From assembly GCA_001662655.1 (NCBI GenBank), contig KV460293.1: DNA of 36,921 bases. One strand, given 5' to 3'. The translations under genes and the position numbers were made by a program. This document shows, piece after piece, positions 11,042 through 23,648 of this stretch (position 1 is the stretch's first letter; every line of letters starts with the position of its first letter). The notes beneath the pieces are model-generated. The model searched no databases and was not told the origin of the DNA. It worked only from the letters and a program-made list of their open reading frames with translations. This DNA is from Pseudogymnoascus verrucosus. Lineage: Eukaryota.

Positions 11042-11850
11042 AATGTATTGTACGTTGCTTGCGTATTACCTTCACTAAGGATTCTATTTAATCAATTAAT
11101 TTGTGGTTATCATTACGGACTGTTTAAATATAAAAAAATATGTCATGGTGAAGACGTATGAGTCATGGACAACTATAGCATCAGTATCATTACACCAAGC
11201 GCCTGCCTAATCAAGCAAGGGTGTATATGCATGCACAGCCCGCTCCGATTAAAACTTCAAATGCGAGTATGTAAAACCTTAATGTAACAATTAGAATTAT
11301 ACATCCTTACATCCCTACAATAACTCGACTTTCTCGGGGTAGCGTAGGGTACAGCTAACTGAAATTACGTATGGCAATGGTTTCCCCCCCCCAAGCCCCT
11401 TCGGTTTTGGAAAGGGGATGCTCCACGAAAAGAGCCAGCGACAATTCTGGCGCCAAGGCAGAAAACTATGGAGCAGACACAGTCCTTACATTTCACAAAG
11501 CCTCGCCATATCCGCCCTTTGCAGTTAGAGCCTCTCAGTGAATGATATAGGGGTGCCACGCATGGTGAAAATTTGAATTTGAAATTGCAGGAGCGGTAAG
11601 TTGATGACTGAGTAATCTACCATAATTGTACAAATATATCGCTGCCTTGGGTGTATGTTGTTGTTGTAATTTCGTCCAAAGCACTTTAATAATAGTCCAA
11701 GGATACCTACCCTATTTCTCCAAGAGCTCTGTCCGCCCTTATTCGCTCTCGCGTCATCTCTTTTTTTACCCGCATCGCCTCATCAAGACTGATTTGCCAG
11801 TGATTTTCTGTTCCCATAACATACGCTTCCGCCTCCTGTTGTTCTCCATC

Positions 11851-12940
11851 TTATTGGGCTGAGTCTCTAGCCCAGTCGTACCACTGTGGAGGTACATTTC
11901 TTGTTGAGCACAGGCGGTAGTGAGGGTCAACAAGCGATAACACTATGAACCGACGGAGCCAGGGAATCGTCACATCTACCAGAGTAAATGGTTCTACACG
12001 ATATTGTAGCGTATTGGACCATGTGATGAGACGTCCTTGCGCCTCTGAAATATACCCGATCTCCTCCACAGGTGGTGCACCGTCGAAAGCTCTCTCGCCA
12101 AAACTAAGCATTGATGCTAATTTGATTTCGTACTCATTATAGGAACGACCGCTAGTTCGATCATAGTGGTAGCCCAGTTCATCCAAGTGTGCTCTTTGAT
12201 GAAAGGATATCTTGCTGTCCGTCACATTCTCGATACTCGGGGTCCCATGTCAGACCAAAGGCTCTAATCCGTATCGGCCAGCGACCCTTCTCTCCTTTAA
12301 CGAGACATTCGTTCTACGGCTTAATTGCTGCTGAAATGAGCTTCTCAATGCCGCCATACAGAGCTTTGTAACAAACAGAATGCAAGCTATTAATGTATGA
12401 TGTGATGTGCACATCTATGCCCGACTCTTTGAATTGGACCTCGCAAGGAAGCATCTGGAAATTGGCTAATCAGGGAAAATACCCGATATCCTCCATACTG
12501 TGGTTATTAGATGCACCCTAGCAGCGTTGTTCTATATTTGCCTAGACCGTAAGTGAATCTTTCCGCTTATCTGGTTGCAGCGGAGAAGGTTGTCCGCTCC
12601 CATATGATTCGAAGCAGTTGAGCAAGTCTACTTGGCCGCCACCCATAGACACCAAGGTCTTACCGTAGATCAAGGGGGGAACCCTAGGATCAACAAGTTC
12701 AAGTAGTGCTTGGCTTGGATTATAGTACTGGCGAGCCTTCCGTTTTTCAAGCAGACGCGCAGCGCCATCTTTGAGCGTGGTACGCAGAGATTCAGAAATA
12801 ATAATATCTGATTTGCAAGCCGCCGATCTAGCGTCTATAAGGCGAACAACTTGACCTTCTTCGAACGAGGACGCTTTATCACGAAAGACTCTGTAAAATT
12901 TATCCTTTTGATTTCCCATTCGCTCTTTAATGTGCTGCAT
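11851..12940 (-). pseudogene. Unassigned coding-like region (132-aa and 124-aa ORFs), possible degraded or spliced hypothetical gene
   Basis: Two same-strand ORFs with protein-like composition. No recognisable domain, and I could not build a convincing spliced model. Confidence 0.3.
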
Positions 12941-13285
12941 GTTTCTTATGCGGATTGAATGACTTCTCGTTCGTACGCTTCGTTCACTCTGATGGGCCGC
13001 TCATCGAGAGAATGTCTACTTCGAGATATTGTTCTAAGCGAAAGATGTGGTGTGAAAGCATTTCGAGCTGCCGCTCAGGTAATGGTTCGTTTTAAACGTG
13101 GATCTGGTATCGGTGTATATAGTACAGCATTTAAGATAGGTCCTCATAACACCCAGTCGTAAGATACCACAGCCCCCATGACTTTTAACACACAACGCCC
13201 GCTGAAGGATATGCAACCACCGACTCGTTATGGCCCACAAACAAACGCCTCGAAAATAATGCCCGTTTTTTGTAGTGTACCACCT

Positions 13286-14549
13286 CTACCCACCCCCCGA
13301 AACTCTGCCCCCGTGGAACCCTCTCTTTGGCATCGGCTTCTGGTCCCAGCTCATCCGCGTAACCCTATCCCTCTCCATTCCCCCCTCTCGCTCCACCGAC
13401 TCCTCCTCGAGCCGGAACTCGGTTGTCTTCACCACATGGTCTCCCAGCTCCATCTGGCTGGACTCACTACCAACCTCGCTGTTCTTGCGCCCTCTCCTTG
13501 GCTGCTGGTCGCTGTTGCTATTCAGCGGGAATCCCCGCGACCCCTTGGAGCCGATCGTCGGGAACACCGACCCCGAGGCGCCTGACGTGCCGTCCCGGTT
13601 ACGGCCCATGAAGTATCCATAAATTGAGCGCGAGAGAGAAAGGTTCGCAGCAATAATGCCGAGGTGCAGCTCGGTGTTTCCATAGATTGCGGCCATACAG
13701 TACGCGTAGGTGAGATCTGAGGTTGTGGTTCCAAGCGAGGAGGCGCGCACGATGGCTGTGGCGGTTGCAATGAGACCAAGGGACATGAGGCCACAGACGG
13801 CAATCTTGAGGGATCGTTTCATTTGGACCTTCCACAGTACAACGATTGGAAGAAGCGTGCAGATAAGATCGGTGACAACAGAATAGCCTGGCGGGAGCGT
13901 TAGTGGGGAATGGGGGGTAGGAGCTCGGTGTGTGACTGACCAACTTGGAGGTAGATGGAGTAAATGCGGACTTTGGTGTCCCAGCACTTTCCGGGCACAT
14001 CTGGATGCCAGTACTTCTCAACAGGGGAGCATTCTGCCAGCAGAACAAGGACGCACTCCATATTCGTTAAGATGAGGCCCGCCATCATGATATACAGGCA
14101 CCAGTTCAGCACAGGCGTGTTCTTGATTCGTAAGATGAGAATGCAGATAGAACACTTGAGTAGGCCGATGTTGAGGAAGAGAAAAATCTGGGTCATCCAT
14201 GTCAGGAAGTTGACGTATTGGTAGTCCTCGTCTGATATGTACACTCGATGCCGCCCATTGCCGTGGTACACCGAGACGATCTGGATGATGGTTCGCCCGA
14301 TGGCGAGGAGGCAGCACACGCCGATCGTATAGTCATCCTGTGGTCAATCTTGTCAGAAATGGGATCTCGCGCGTGTAAGGAGGCGTGGGAGGGACGCACC
14401 CAGCCGATCAGGCCGCGCATGTATCGCGCCCATAGGCGTAGTACTGTCGTAGTGATGGTGAAGAAGATCAGAACGGATGTCAATATGAGAAGGACGGTTC
14501 CCATATTCTTGTCCTCGGGGAGAGGCATAGGGCCGCCAGAGGACGCCAT
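13286..14549 (-). CDS. PTH11-like (fungal rhodopsin-family) integral membrane protein without CFEM domain, 382 aa
   Basis: Exons 14549-14400, 14337-13941 and 13887-13286 stay in frame. Family motifs LRLWAR..GWDDY, LLKCSICILILRI, CSPVEKYW..PGKC, TDLICTLLPIVVLWKVQM and ELHLGIIAANL; about seven hydrophobic segments. Confidence 0.9.
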
Positions 14550-16349
14550 GATGATAGACTAGATGACTAGATGTGAGACTATACTCTGCTATACACGACT
14601 ATATCGCGTAAGGTGCAGTCCGGTCCCTTATCAGTCCCTGGGCAATGGTTGGCAGAACCCTACCCGTCATACAAGTGACATTGGAAATAGCGCACGGCCG
14701 TACCTACTTTCTTTCATGTCGAGGGTTCTTCATGTGGCGTGTGGCGTTGTGAGACCGTGTTTGGGTTTTATTTATGATGAACCATACTTCATTGCCGATC
14801 AGCAGGCAAACCTTCCATTACTGGCATTGGATTGAGTGAAATGGTACGGCGATTAAGGCTGGGCCGGGGACGTTATCCGGTCAACCGCAAGAACCATGAC
14901 AAGTACTGAAAATCTCGCCAGAAACGGAAGCTGGGGGAGTCCATTAAGCTTAGCCGTACGTAATGGAGCAGGACGGCTGGTAGCTTCACATAGCCCACAC
15001 GGCGCTTCCCGTCGAATTGAAATTGGATAGCGGCAACGCTGATACCTGGCAGCCGGCAAGCCCCATCCACGCTGGTGGAGAAAGTTCAACATACACCCAC
15101 CAAATGTGTTAAACCCAACCCTAAGTATGCAGCCGCTCAGTGCGGTGAAGGACACCCGGCCTCTTAATACATGGTCCATCGGGTATAGTAATCATTTAAC
15201 CTACCCTTCTAATACGCTCTCCTGAAAGCGTCTGTACCAGGCGTAACGAGCGTGCCGCCATCTGTCAATTGTCGGCATTCAAGGGTTGGTTGCTTACCCA
15301 CACACCCTCCCATGCTCATCCCCACGCTCATTTCTGCAGAAGTGTCAGCATCATAATATGTGTAAATGCAGGAGTGTTGTTCTGTGCAGTGCCTGCATGT
15401 AATCCTACAACACCAGGGTTGTTAAAGTTGGAGATGTTACAGTTGAGGCTTGGCCTGGCAGTTGCAGCTTCCCATGTTGCCGGTCAAGTAGCACTAGTCA
15501 TGTCATTCCCCTAACCGATTCGTGGGGTAGGGATAAGAGGACGCCAAGGCACTGTGGGCCCGCCACTACACCAATAAACTTCTATAAAGTCGAAACCTGG
15601 CACGGATCACATCCACCGTATTCGTCGTATTACCCTATTTTACCAACTACGGCTTGGATTTTGCATTTTGCCGCTATTGTCAATTCTTGTCCATCGAACG
15701 TCCAGACTTCTTCTTCTCATTAGTGAGAACTAGTGCTGCTTGGCCACTGTTTACTCTGGATGTACTAACCCCTAGGGTAACCCATAAAGGATGGTGAATA
15801 AGGTTCACGGCTAGACGTTGCGCCCTGGGCCTGTCATAACTCCCCGTGCCCCACTCTCTTCCGTCAGGCTTAGAACTTCAACACATCTACCTTACGTATG
15901 TACTACCACCATACGTACTGTAGAGTACCATGTCTAGCACAAACGAGACGGTGCTACAGTTAGCGGTACAGCAGCACAGTACTGTAGATCATTGCAGCCT
16001 CTGCCCACCGGCGCATATCTTAAGAGTACTCCATATCCCTAACCCTGGATATACCAACCCTGCTAACCCTTACCAATACATACTACTCTGTGGTGGTCTA
16101 AACACCCTGCCCCACACAGACCCGGGATATTGCTCACTTTATGGTCAAATAGGCTATACTCAACTAGCTCCCCTGTGTCGTCGCAATGGCTTATGGAGTG
16201 CTCTTTCCACCGTCCTCTCAAACAAAGTCTCACAGAAGCCACGCCCAAAGCCACACGTCAATGGTTTGAGACTTGATCTACACCCATCATTCCCTTCGTG
16301 TCCCAGCAGCTGAGACCTCTCGTCCCAATCACAGCTCCGCCCAAATCAG

Positions 16350-18229
16350 ATGGCGAGACTCAATCGCGCGGCCTTCACTCACCTGCTGGCCGTGCTCCTA
16401 CAGATTCTCCCCGTCACCGCTGTCCCTCCTACCGCTGCTCACGCCTGTACCAGCGGCCTCAAAAGCTATGACTTTGTACGCAGATCCCTACCCCATAGCT
16501 GAACTTCAACTGAACCTCGTAGATCATTGTAGGCGGCGGTACAGCTGGCCTCGCAGTTGCAACTCGCCTCAGCCAGAGGCTGCCTAGCTCCTGTGTCCTC
16601 GTCATTGAGGCAGGCCAGGATGGGCGAACCGAGCCTGGAATTATTATTCCGGGCAAGAAGGGCTCGACCATTGGCACCAAGTATGACTGGAACCTTACCA
16701 CCGTCGTCCAGCCCGACGCCAATGGTCGCGTCATTGGCATGACTCGCGGCAAGGTCCTGGGCGGCTCTTCGGCGTTGAACCTGATGACCTGGGATCGTGG
16801 CAGCATCAAGGACTATGATGCTTGGGAGGAGCTGGGAAACCCAGGGTGGAACTGGAAGACTATCCAGGCAGCAATGCTCAAGGTCGAGAACTTCGTACCC
16901 TCGCCAGAGTATGTCGGCGCCGGAGTCGGAAAAGGAGGTCTTGTCCAGACTCTCATGAACCGCATCCTGCCAACGCACCAGCTAACCTTTATCCCGACCT
17001 TAAATGGCCTCGGCGTGAAGGAGAACTTGGCCTCGCTTGGTGGACACCTCCTCGGAGTCATGAGACAACCCACAAATATCCGCCTGAAAGACTACACGCG
17101 CTCATACAGCACGTCTTACCTCGACGCCGCGGGCAAGAACCTTGTCCTACTCCTTAACACACGCGTCTCCAAAGTCAATTTTGCTGGCACAACTGCCTCC
17201 GGCGTCACTCTTGAAGATGGCACCGTCATCTCCGCCGCCAAAGAAGTCATTCTCTCCGCCGGCTCCTTTCAATCCCCCGGCCTCCTCGAGCTCTCCGGAA
17301 TTGGCAGCCGCGCTGTCCTCGCCGCCGCCGGGGTTACAAAGGTCATCTCCGACCTCCCTGGCGTCGGAGAGAATCTCCAAGACCATACTCGCATTCAGTC
17401 TTCATACAAACTCCTCCCCAACTTCCTCTCTTTCGATCGCCTACGCATCAATGCCACCTATGCCGCACTTCAGCTCGCGCTGTACAATTCCAACCTAGTC
17501 TCCGCCTACGATTACACCGGCAGCGGCTATGCGTACCTCAACTGGTCTCAGGTCTCCACCTCTACCAATGCCGACCTCCTCGCCCTCGCGCGCAAGTCCG
17601 CAGACCTCTCCAACCCAATTGATGCCAAGAAACTCTCCTTCCTCTCCGATCCCAAGCTCACACCCCTGATGTCGCAGCTCGAAATCATCTTCTCCGATGG
17701 CTACACCGGCGTCAAGGGATACCCTGCCGCCGATGCCCCCTTGTTCGGATCGGAGTTCTTCTCGCTCCTCGCTGTCTCCGTTCACCCCTTCGGCCGCGGC
17801 TCAGTACACGTGAAATCGACAAACATCAACACGCCGCCCACTATCGACCCCAAGTACCTCCATACCCCATACGATCTCCACTCCATGGTCGTTGCTGCAA
17901 AGTTCATGCGCACCATCGCCACCACAGCACCTATGTCCTCGATTTGGACTACTGAGTACGAACCTGGAAGTGCAGTAGCCACGGATGCAGATTGGGAGGC
18001 CTATGCCCGCGCTAACACGCTGAGTATTTACCACCCAGTTGGCACCTGCGCGATGCTTCCTCGTAAGGATGGGGGCGTTGTGGACTCGAAGTTGAAGGTT
18101 TATGGCGTGAATCATCTGAGAGTCGTTGATGCGAGTATTATTCCGATTATTCCGGGGGCGCATATCCAGACGGCCGTTTATGGAGTTGCGGAGATGGCAG
18201 CGGATATTATTGTTGCTGCGTGGAAATAG
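16350..18229 (+). CDS. Secreted GMC (AA3_2-type) FAD oxidoreductase, 610 aa
   Basis: Exon 1 16350-16475 (signal peptide, ...SYDF), intron 16476-16522, then exon 2 starting IIVGGGTAGLAVA (FAD-binding). Also RGKVLGGSSALN, KEVILSAGSFQSPGLLELSGIG, GENLQDH, YHPVGTCAM, LRVVDASI and a second catalytic His in GAHIQ. Confidence 0.95.
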
Positions 18230-18565
18230 AAGATGGTTAATGAGTTGTTACGGAAGGAGGGAGGGGGAGGATGTAGATACTTTACTTCACTGTTGGGGAG
18301 CGTAGATTCGACGCGCATTTGAGATAGTTAAATGCCATTCCTGTTAGGTTTTGGCAATATTATAGATATTATTACAGTTATCTTGCTTTTAAAGTCAACG
18401 AGATATATATTTTTCGCTACAAATCATCTTTAAGGTGTCTACAATATACCTTCTAACGCATTTTACATATTTCATAAAGAAGACGGCCGAAGACGGGTGT
18501 CATTGAACGGACCTCTTAAAGGTTTGAAGAGTTGGCTCGTAGCAATTTTCTAATAACAAGGCCAA

Positions 18566-19115
18566 CTATGCGAATAGTGCGCATGGCTCATGGCAGAGCT
18601 TGCTGCATTTTGAATGGTTGCAGCTAACTTCGCATGGTTCTGTGCAAAGAGGGCAGGGCATATCGCCATGACATGGGGCTTCACAGCTATGACTGCACGT
18701 CGTGTATGGTCTTCCACATTGAGTATTACAAACTCCATGTATCATCTCAGCGATTAAACTGTCAATCCTAGTGCTGCAATCTTTGCAAGGATGAGTAAGT
18801 ACAGTTGTGCCCACAAGTCAGCGCTGCTCCACATGTTGCCAAACATGGGTAATCGACATTTAATGGCAGTTCATAACAACGGACCCGGATTTGATGTTTA
18901 CAATGCTTCGTATCTTGTTCCATGCAGACCTGGCACTGAACTTTTCCCCGTATCTGTGCCTCATGATATTTCAGTTGGCCGGCGATGTGTCCACATGGTA
19001 ATGGAATATTGTATACTGCAACTTGGCTTTGTTGCTCGCATGGGTCTCCGCAAACTCTCGGACACTCATGCTCACAGCCATTCTTTGTCCTTGGGCAGCC
19101 TTGGGCAGCGTTCCT
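18566..19115 (-). pseudogene. Fragment of an NF-X1-type zinc-finger (ZNFX1-like) helicase gene
   Basis: The - strand reads GCEHECPRVCGDPC...LPCGH...CLATCGAALTCGHNCT/HPCKDC...CGRPYTTCSHSCEAPCHGDMPCPLCTEPCEVSCNHSKCSKLCHEPCA. It is broken by 4-bp and 10-bp duplications, and no helicase core is present. Confidence 0.75.
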
Positions 19116-19245
19116 TGTCTTGTTCTTTCAAAGTATAGTATTCCGTTTGCAGTGGTTATTCACATCCATACGCTTGCATGTTAATAGCAAATTAAGAAAT
19201 TCCTTGTCATGTTCTTTTAAAGTATAGGTTTCCGTTTGCAGTGGT
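19111..19245. repeat. Imperfect 46-bp direct repeat, 89 bp apart
   Basis: TTCCTTGTC(T/A)TGTTCTTT(C/T)AAAGTATAG..TTCCGTTTGCAGTGGT at 19111-19156 and 19200-19245. Confidence 0.85.
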
Positions 19246-19858
19246 GAACGATGCTAGTCAAAGGAGTTGCGTTCTTTGACGAAATAAGGAATGGAAACAA
19301 GCCTATGCCAAACGCATTTACACTACCTGTTGGTTGATTTAGCCCTTTCACCCTTTTAATATGATACTAGCAATGAAATGGCTGCGTTTTGTCCTCTAGG
19401 AAGCTCAATTTGCAACGATATATTAATAGGGAATCCGCACGTCAGATGCAAGAGTTTTCCTCGTTACCCATTGGCATCCATACGCAGCAAAGTTGTCTAT
19501 GCTATCCTGTGGATTGACATCTCGCTCACTAGGGTATCATATCATACAACAGAGCCAAATCACAAGGCAAACGTCACGCAGGTCTGTTCATATTTGGTAG
19601 TGTATCAATCTTATTAATAGTGGCAGTGGCTATGGCATCCAGGCCTTTAGTGAGATCCTTTATTTACCACCGCATATTTCCGACCACTCATAAATGCAAA
19701 TCCTGCCAGGCATCCACACTAACGATTTATTCTTGTTGGTCGTGATGCAGCCCCGCCTTGCCTAATTCCTACCTCTATAATTTCTCTTGGTCCCCTCATT
19801 ATTTATCATTGTCAAAACAGCTACTCCAAAGCTTTGCGTTCGTAATCTTGACGAAGCA

Positions 19859-20633
19859 ATGGAGGACTCTCCACCTCCATACTCGGGACCATACCCGGCA
19901 CCATACCCGGCACCAAACGCCCAGGCACATGTCCAACATGTTGACTCCGTAGTGCTCCATATCCAAACGGTCAAGCATTCACTAATCCATCTTGAAGATT
20001 CCATTTTCAGATCCAGATCTGGAAACATTCTCTCATCCTCACGTATTGCTTATAAGCGTTATCAAATCAGTCGATGGCTTGGGCGCGACGGTGATTCATT
20101 ACTGGACAGCCCGCTCACCCACGACTTCTATCACCATCTACTCCAAGCTTGGCCTCAATAGCTTCCAACATGTCCGGGACTTTCGGGAATTGGGTACATT
20201 TACGCTGCCTACGGGAATCGAACCTTCCAATGTCCACCAGTGTCTAACATCTCTAATCACTGAATCTCCAACAATATCTTCAGACCCAGAAATCATTCCG
20301 CATATCGTGGCACAGCTTTCGTCTCGTTCGCAAAATGATGGCCTATCGGTCCAGCTGTTTTCTATCCCCGTGTTTAATAACAGTGCAGAAGAGTTGTTAA
20401 TTGGTGGTCCTATCCCCTTGTGGAAATGAGCAAAACCTACAAGTTTATACGGACGGAAGACAGGATTCTGGGAGGTAGAGCTGGGGAAGGCAATTGAAGA
20501 TGGTGAATGGATGGCGGGAAAAGAGTTGCAAATACTAGTGAAGGGGGTCCCTGATGAAAACGCAGAGGACCTGAAGAAGGACAGGATGAAGTTCGGAATC
20601 CTAAAACCAACGGGGCAAACAAATAATGATTGA
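19859..20633 (+). pseudogene. Hypothetical protein gene with one in-frame TGA (20427-20429)
   Basis: ATG at 19859 (MEDSPPPYSG...). A probable intron at 19949-19997 (GTAGTG...ACTAAT...AAG) keeps frame. After ...GPIPLWK-TGA the frame stays open for 67 codons (AKPTSLYGRKTGFWEVELGKAIEDGEW...) until TGA 20631-20633. Confidence 0.6.
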
Positions 20634-21078
20634 GGCGGAAATTAATGGTATTGATTTTCTGTTTGCCGTTTTACCGAAGCCAATAACATGGTCGGCTCAC
20701 TATTTGGATCAAAAAAACTTGGGAGGATGTAACGAGAAACTCCAAACAATTTAGCCATCCACCATTTTATTTTGTAAATATGAATTAATTCCTAAGCTAT
20801 AAATATCTACCTAATCTGCAAGCCATCCGCTACCATCCCTCCCGAAATTGGCCAAAAACTTCCATCAAGGGGAACATTAGATGCTTCCCGTATTCTCCTT
20901 CCATCACGTCACTACACTCTCCTGGATTCTATTTCCTCCGCTGGATATCATGAAAAAAAAAGCACACGCACACACCACCCTCGCAAAACGAGTGACTACG
21001 CTTCGAAATAAACGCCCCCAAACCAACCAAACGGGTCACCAACGCCAGTCCGCATTCACCAAGGACGACCCCACAAGC

Positions 21079-23648
21079 CTAATACGGCGAATTCACAACG
21101 TCGTCGCGGCCGAGCTTGTATCTCCCGCTCCCAGGAACCTGGATCCTGCCACTGCTTCTCCTCGAGTCTCTCACGGGCGTCATCATAATGCTCTCCCGCG
21201 TCGGCTTCTTGAACTGTCCCTTCGCGACCATGTTCACCTCGTTGGGCAGTGCCACAATCACATTCTTGTCGCTTCCATAGCGGAAGTTGTCGGCCTTGAC
21301 CTCCTCCGCGTAGCGCTTGATCGTGTACGGATCCTTGCGTCCAGCAAGCACCTTCTTCATGTTCCAGGTGACGATGAATGGTCCCGTGGCGCTGATGATA
21401 GATGTCTCGGTTATGCCTTCACCCGTGTTGAACTTGGCAGGTGTGAAGGACAGCGGCGCACCAGTTTCGTGCTGGAACTGCGCAACATGGTTGGGGGTTA
21501 GGCCAAGACGGCGTGGTTGTGGCTTGGAGTCCTTTCCGAATGCCTTCTCGAAACCCAGCTTGCCCTCGTTCTTGCCTTCTTTCTGGAGCGCGTCAACGAG
21601 GAGGAGGTATGTACGACAGGTCGCGAGGATCCAGCGGCCGTCGGCGGAGACGTCGAGTCCGATGATGGGCTCACCGAGGGCGGGGATGTGGGTCTTGGCG
21701 TTGATACCAAGGCGGTCGAACATGCGGATATCACCCTTATTGGATGCAACAGCGATGTATCCCTTCTCGGTCGTGGCCGCAGCGGAGAAGTCATTCTTCG
21801 ACACGTACTGCTTCAGCGAGTCGTCGACAAGTTTTGAGCCTGCCAGGCGAGGATCGATGCGGTACAGGGCATTCTTCGACAGTCCAAGGAAGGTTTGTTG
21901 GCCGGTCATCTGAGCAAATTTGTTTTCCGGAGCGAAAGTGTTGACTGGGATGTCGTCGTGCACCTTCCACTCGTCGACAATTTTGCCGTACTCCAGATCC
22001 ATGCGGTAAAGAGAGTTGGGATCGGAGTCGTTTTGGAGAATCATGCTCGTATCCTCAGAGTGCAGCATAACCTTCTTCGGGCTGAAAAGTTTGCCCTTGG
22101 GCGTCTGGACCTTTGAGATGTTCGTTGAGAATTCAAGGTGGTTGTTAGGAGTGTGCTTGAAAACACCAATCTTCGATCCGCGAACGACGAACGAGCGATC
22201 GTGCTTATAACCGACAGCAAGCTGGGAGTTGACATTTCCATCCTTCTCATGGGTTTCGACGTCATCATTCTCCTCATCACTGTCGTAATGCTCGCTCTGC
22301 TGTCCGTCAGAGACATCCTCTTCGTCTTCTTCCACAGGTGTTCCTTCTTCTTCTTCTTCCTCTTCTTCGACCTCATCCTGCGCATCAGTCATCTCCAAAT
22401 CCTGGAAAGCACTTGTAATGTATTCCTGATCCTGCTCCTTTTGCCTGTTCCACTTCAACTCATTCAGCTGCTCCCAAAGGGCTTGCATCAGTCCCTCCTG
22501 GAACCTTGTAATAGTTTCGGTGTTCTTAAATCGGAGAAGCCATGAGTATGCAGATCCATCCTCGGTGAAATGATTGAAAATGAACGACAAATACTCAAAA
22601 TTGAAAACAGGGTTGATATCGGCAACGACTGGCTGGCCCAACCAGGTTTTGTCTTTTCCGGTGATCTCAAGCCAGTAATCCCACTGACCAACCTCTGAAA
22701 CGATTGCCGTAACTTCGTCATCTTGCAGTATAAATGAGCCCGAAGTGAAGTCGAAAAGATGAAGCTCGGCTCCTTCCTTGGCAAGGACCTCGAGTGCAAC
22801 CCTCTGCTGCGTCGCTTGCGGTGCCTGAGTAGGCACTGGAGTTTGAGGAGCCTGAGCCAAGGGCGACATCTTCCGTTGCTTCACAGGCGTCTGGTCACGC
22901 TTTGCTGCCACATTTGCGTTCGCTCTGGGCACAGATGGAGGAGGCATGCTGTTATCCAAGCTGAGTTCTTGGGGAGCGTGAATAGGGCTAGCGCTCGGAA
23001 TAGCCTGTTCCTCAAAGTAAAAGCTGTCCAGGTCTTCCTCGGTTGCCTGGGTATGGTTCCTCCTCCACTTGCGCTCGTACTGGCACTGGCGGGCGATAAG
23101 CTCGAACTGCTCAACCAGATCCGCACCAACGGAGTGATCACAGACGAACTCGTAGAGGTCCCCCGTATCGCCCGAGAGGTCGCGCCACGCCAGGACGTGC
23201 TCTTCCCCGTCACGGATCTCGGTGCGGAAGTGCAGCCCCTCATCCAAGAGGAAGGTCTTCTCGTCACGCTCAGCTGATAAGGCGCTATCCTCCTCGTCGT
23301 CAGCGTCCTCGTCTCCTAGCTCCTCCTCGCCCTCCTCGTAGGCGCGCTGGATAACGAGCTGGTATTGGAACTCCTGTCCCGTCTTGCGAATGCGAGCGGC
23401 GGCGTCCTTGAAGATGAGTTCGGAGTAGCCCTTGGGTGACAGCGGGCGGACGAGGTAAAGTTGGCCCTGCGGAAGCTCTATTATAGATTCCTTTGAAGTA
23501 TCGCCGAAGATCAACTTCCCAACTGTAGGATAAGTTAGTTTGTGGAGCTGGAGGCTGGTGCGAACGTGCGCTCAAAACAAGAAATTTAGGCAAAGGAGGG
23601 GCATGGTGGTGGGGTCAAGATCAACGTACCATTCCGAAGTACAAACAT
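21079..23648 (-). CDS. VID27: Vacuolar import and degradation protein 27, 820 aa
   Basis: Exon 1 23648-23630 (MFVLRN), intron 23629-23523, exon 2 23522-21079. Motifs IELPQGQLYLVRP, NSQLAVGYKHDRSFVVRGSKIGVF, LYRMDLEYGKIVDEW and AKTHIPALGEPIIGLDVSADGRWILATC. Confidence 0.95.

Noticed and set aside
15766..16070. Telomere-like TAACCC hexamers in the PTH11/GMC intergenic region
   Set aside because: Scattered, non-tandem copies, compatible with chance or ordinary promoter motifs.
6574..18229. Secondary-metabolite gene cluster (P450, methyltransferase, GMC oxidase)
   Set aside because: No PKS, NRPS, terpene synthase or DMATS backbone, transporter or pathway transcription factor in the window.
20427..20429. 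Selenocysteine or programmed readthrough at the in-frame TGA
   Set aside because: Ascomycetes are not known to have Sec machinery and there is no redox motif; a TGG>TGA mutation or error is simpler.
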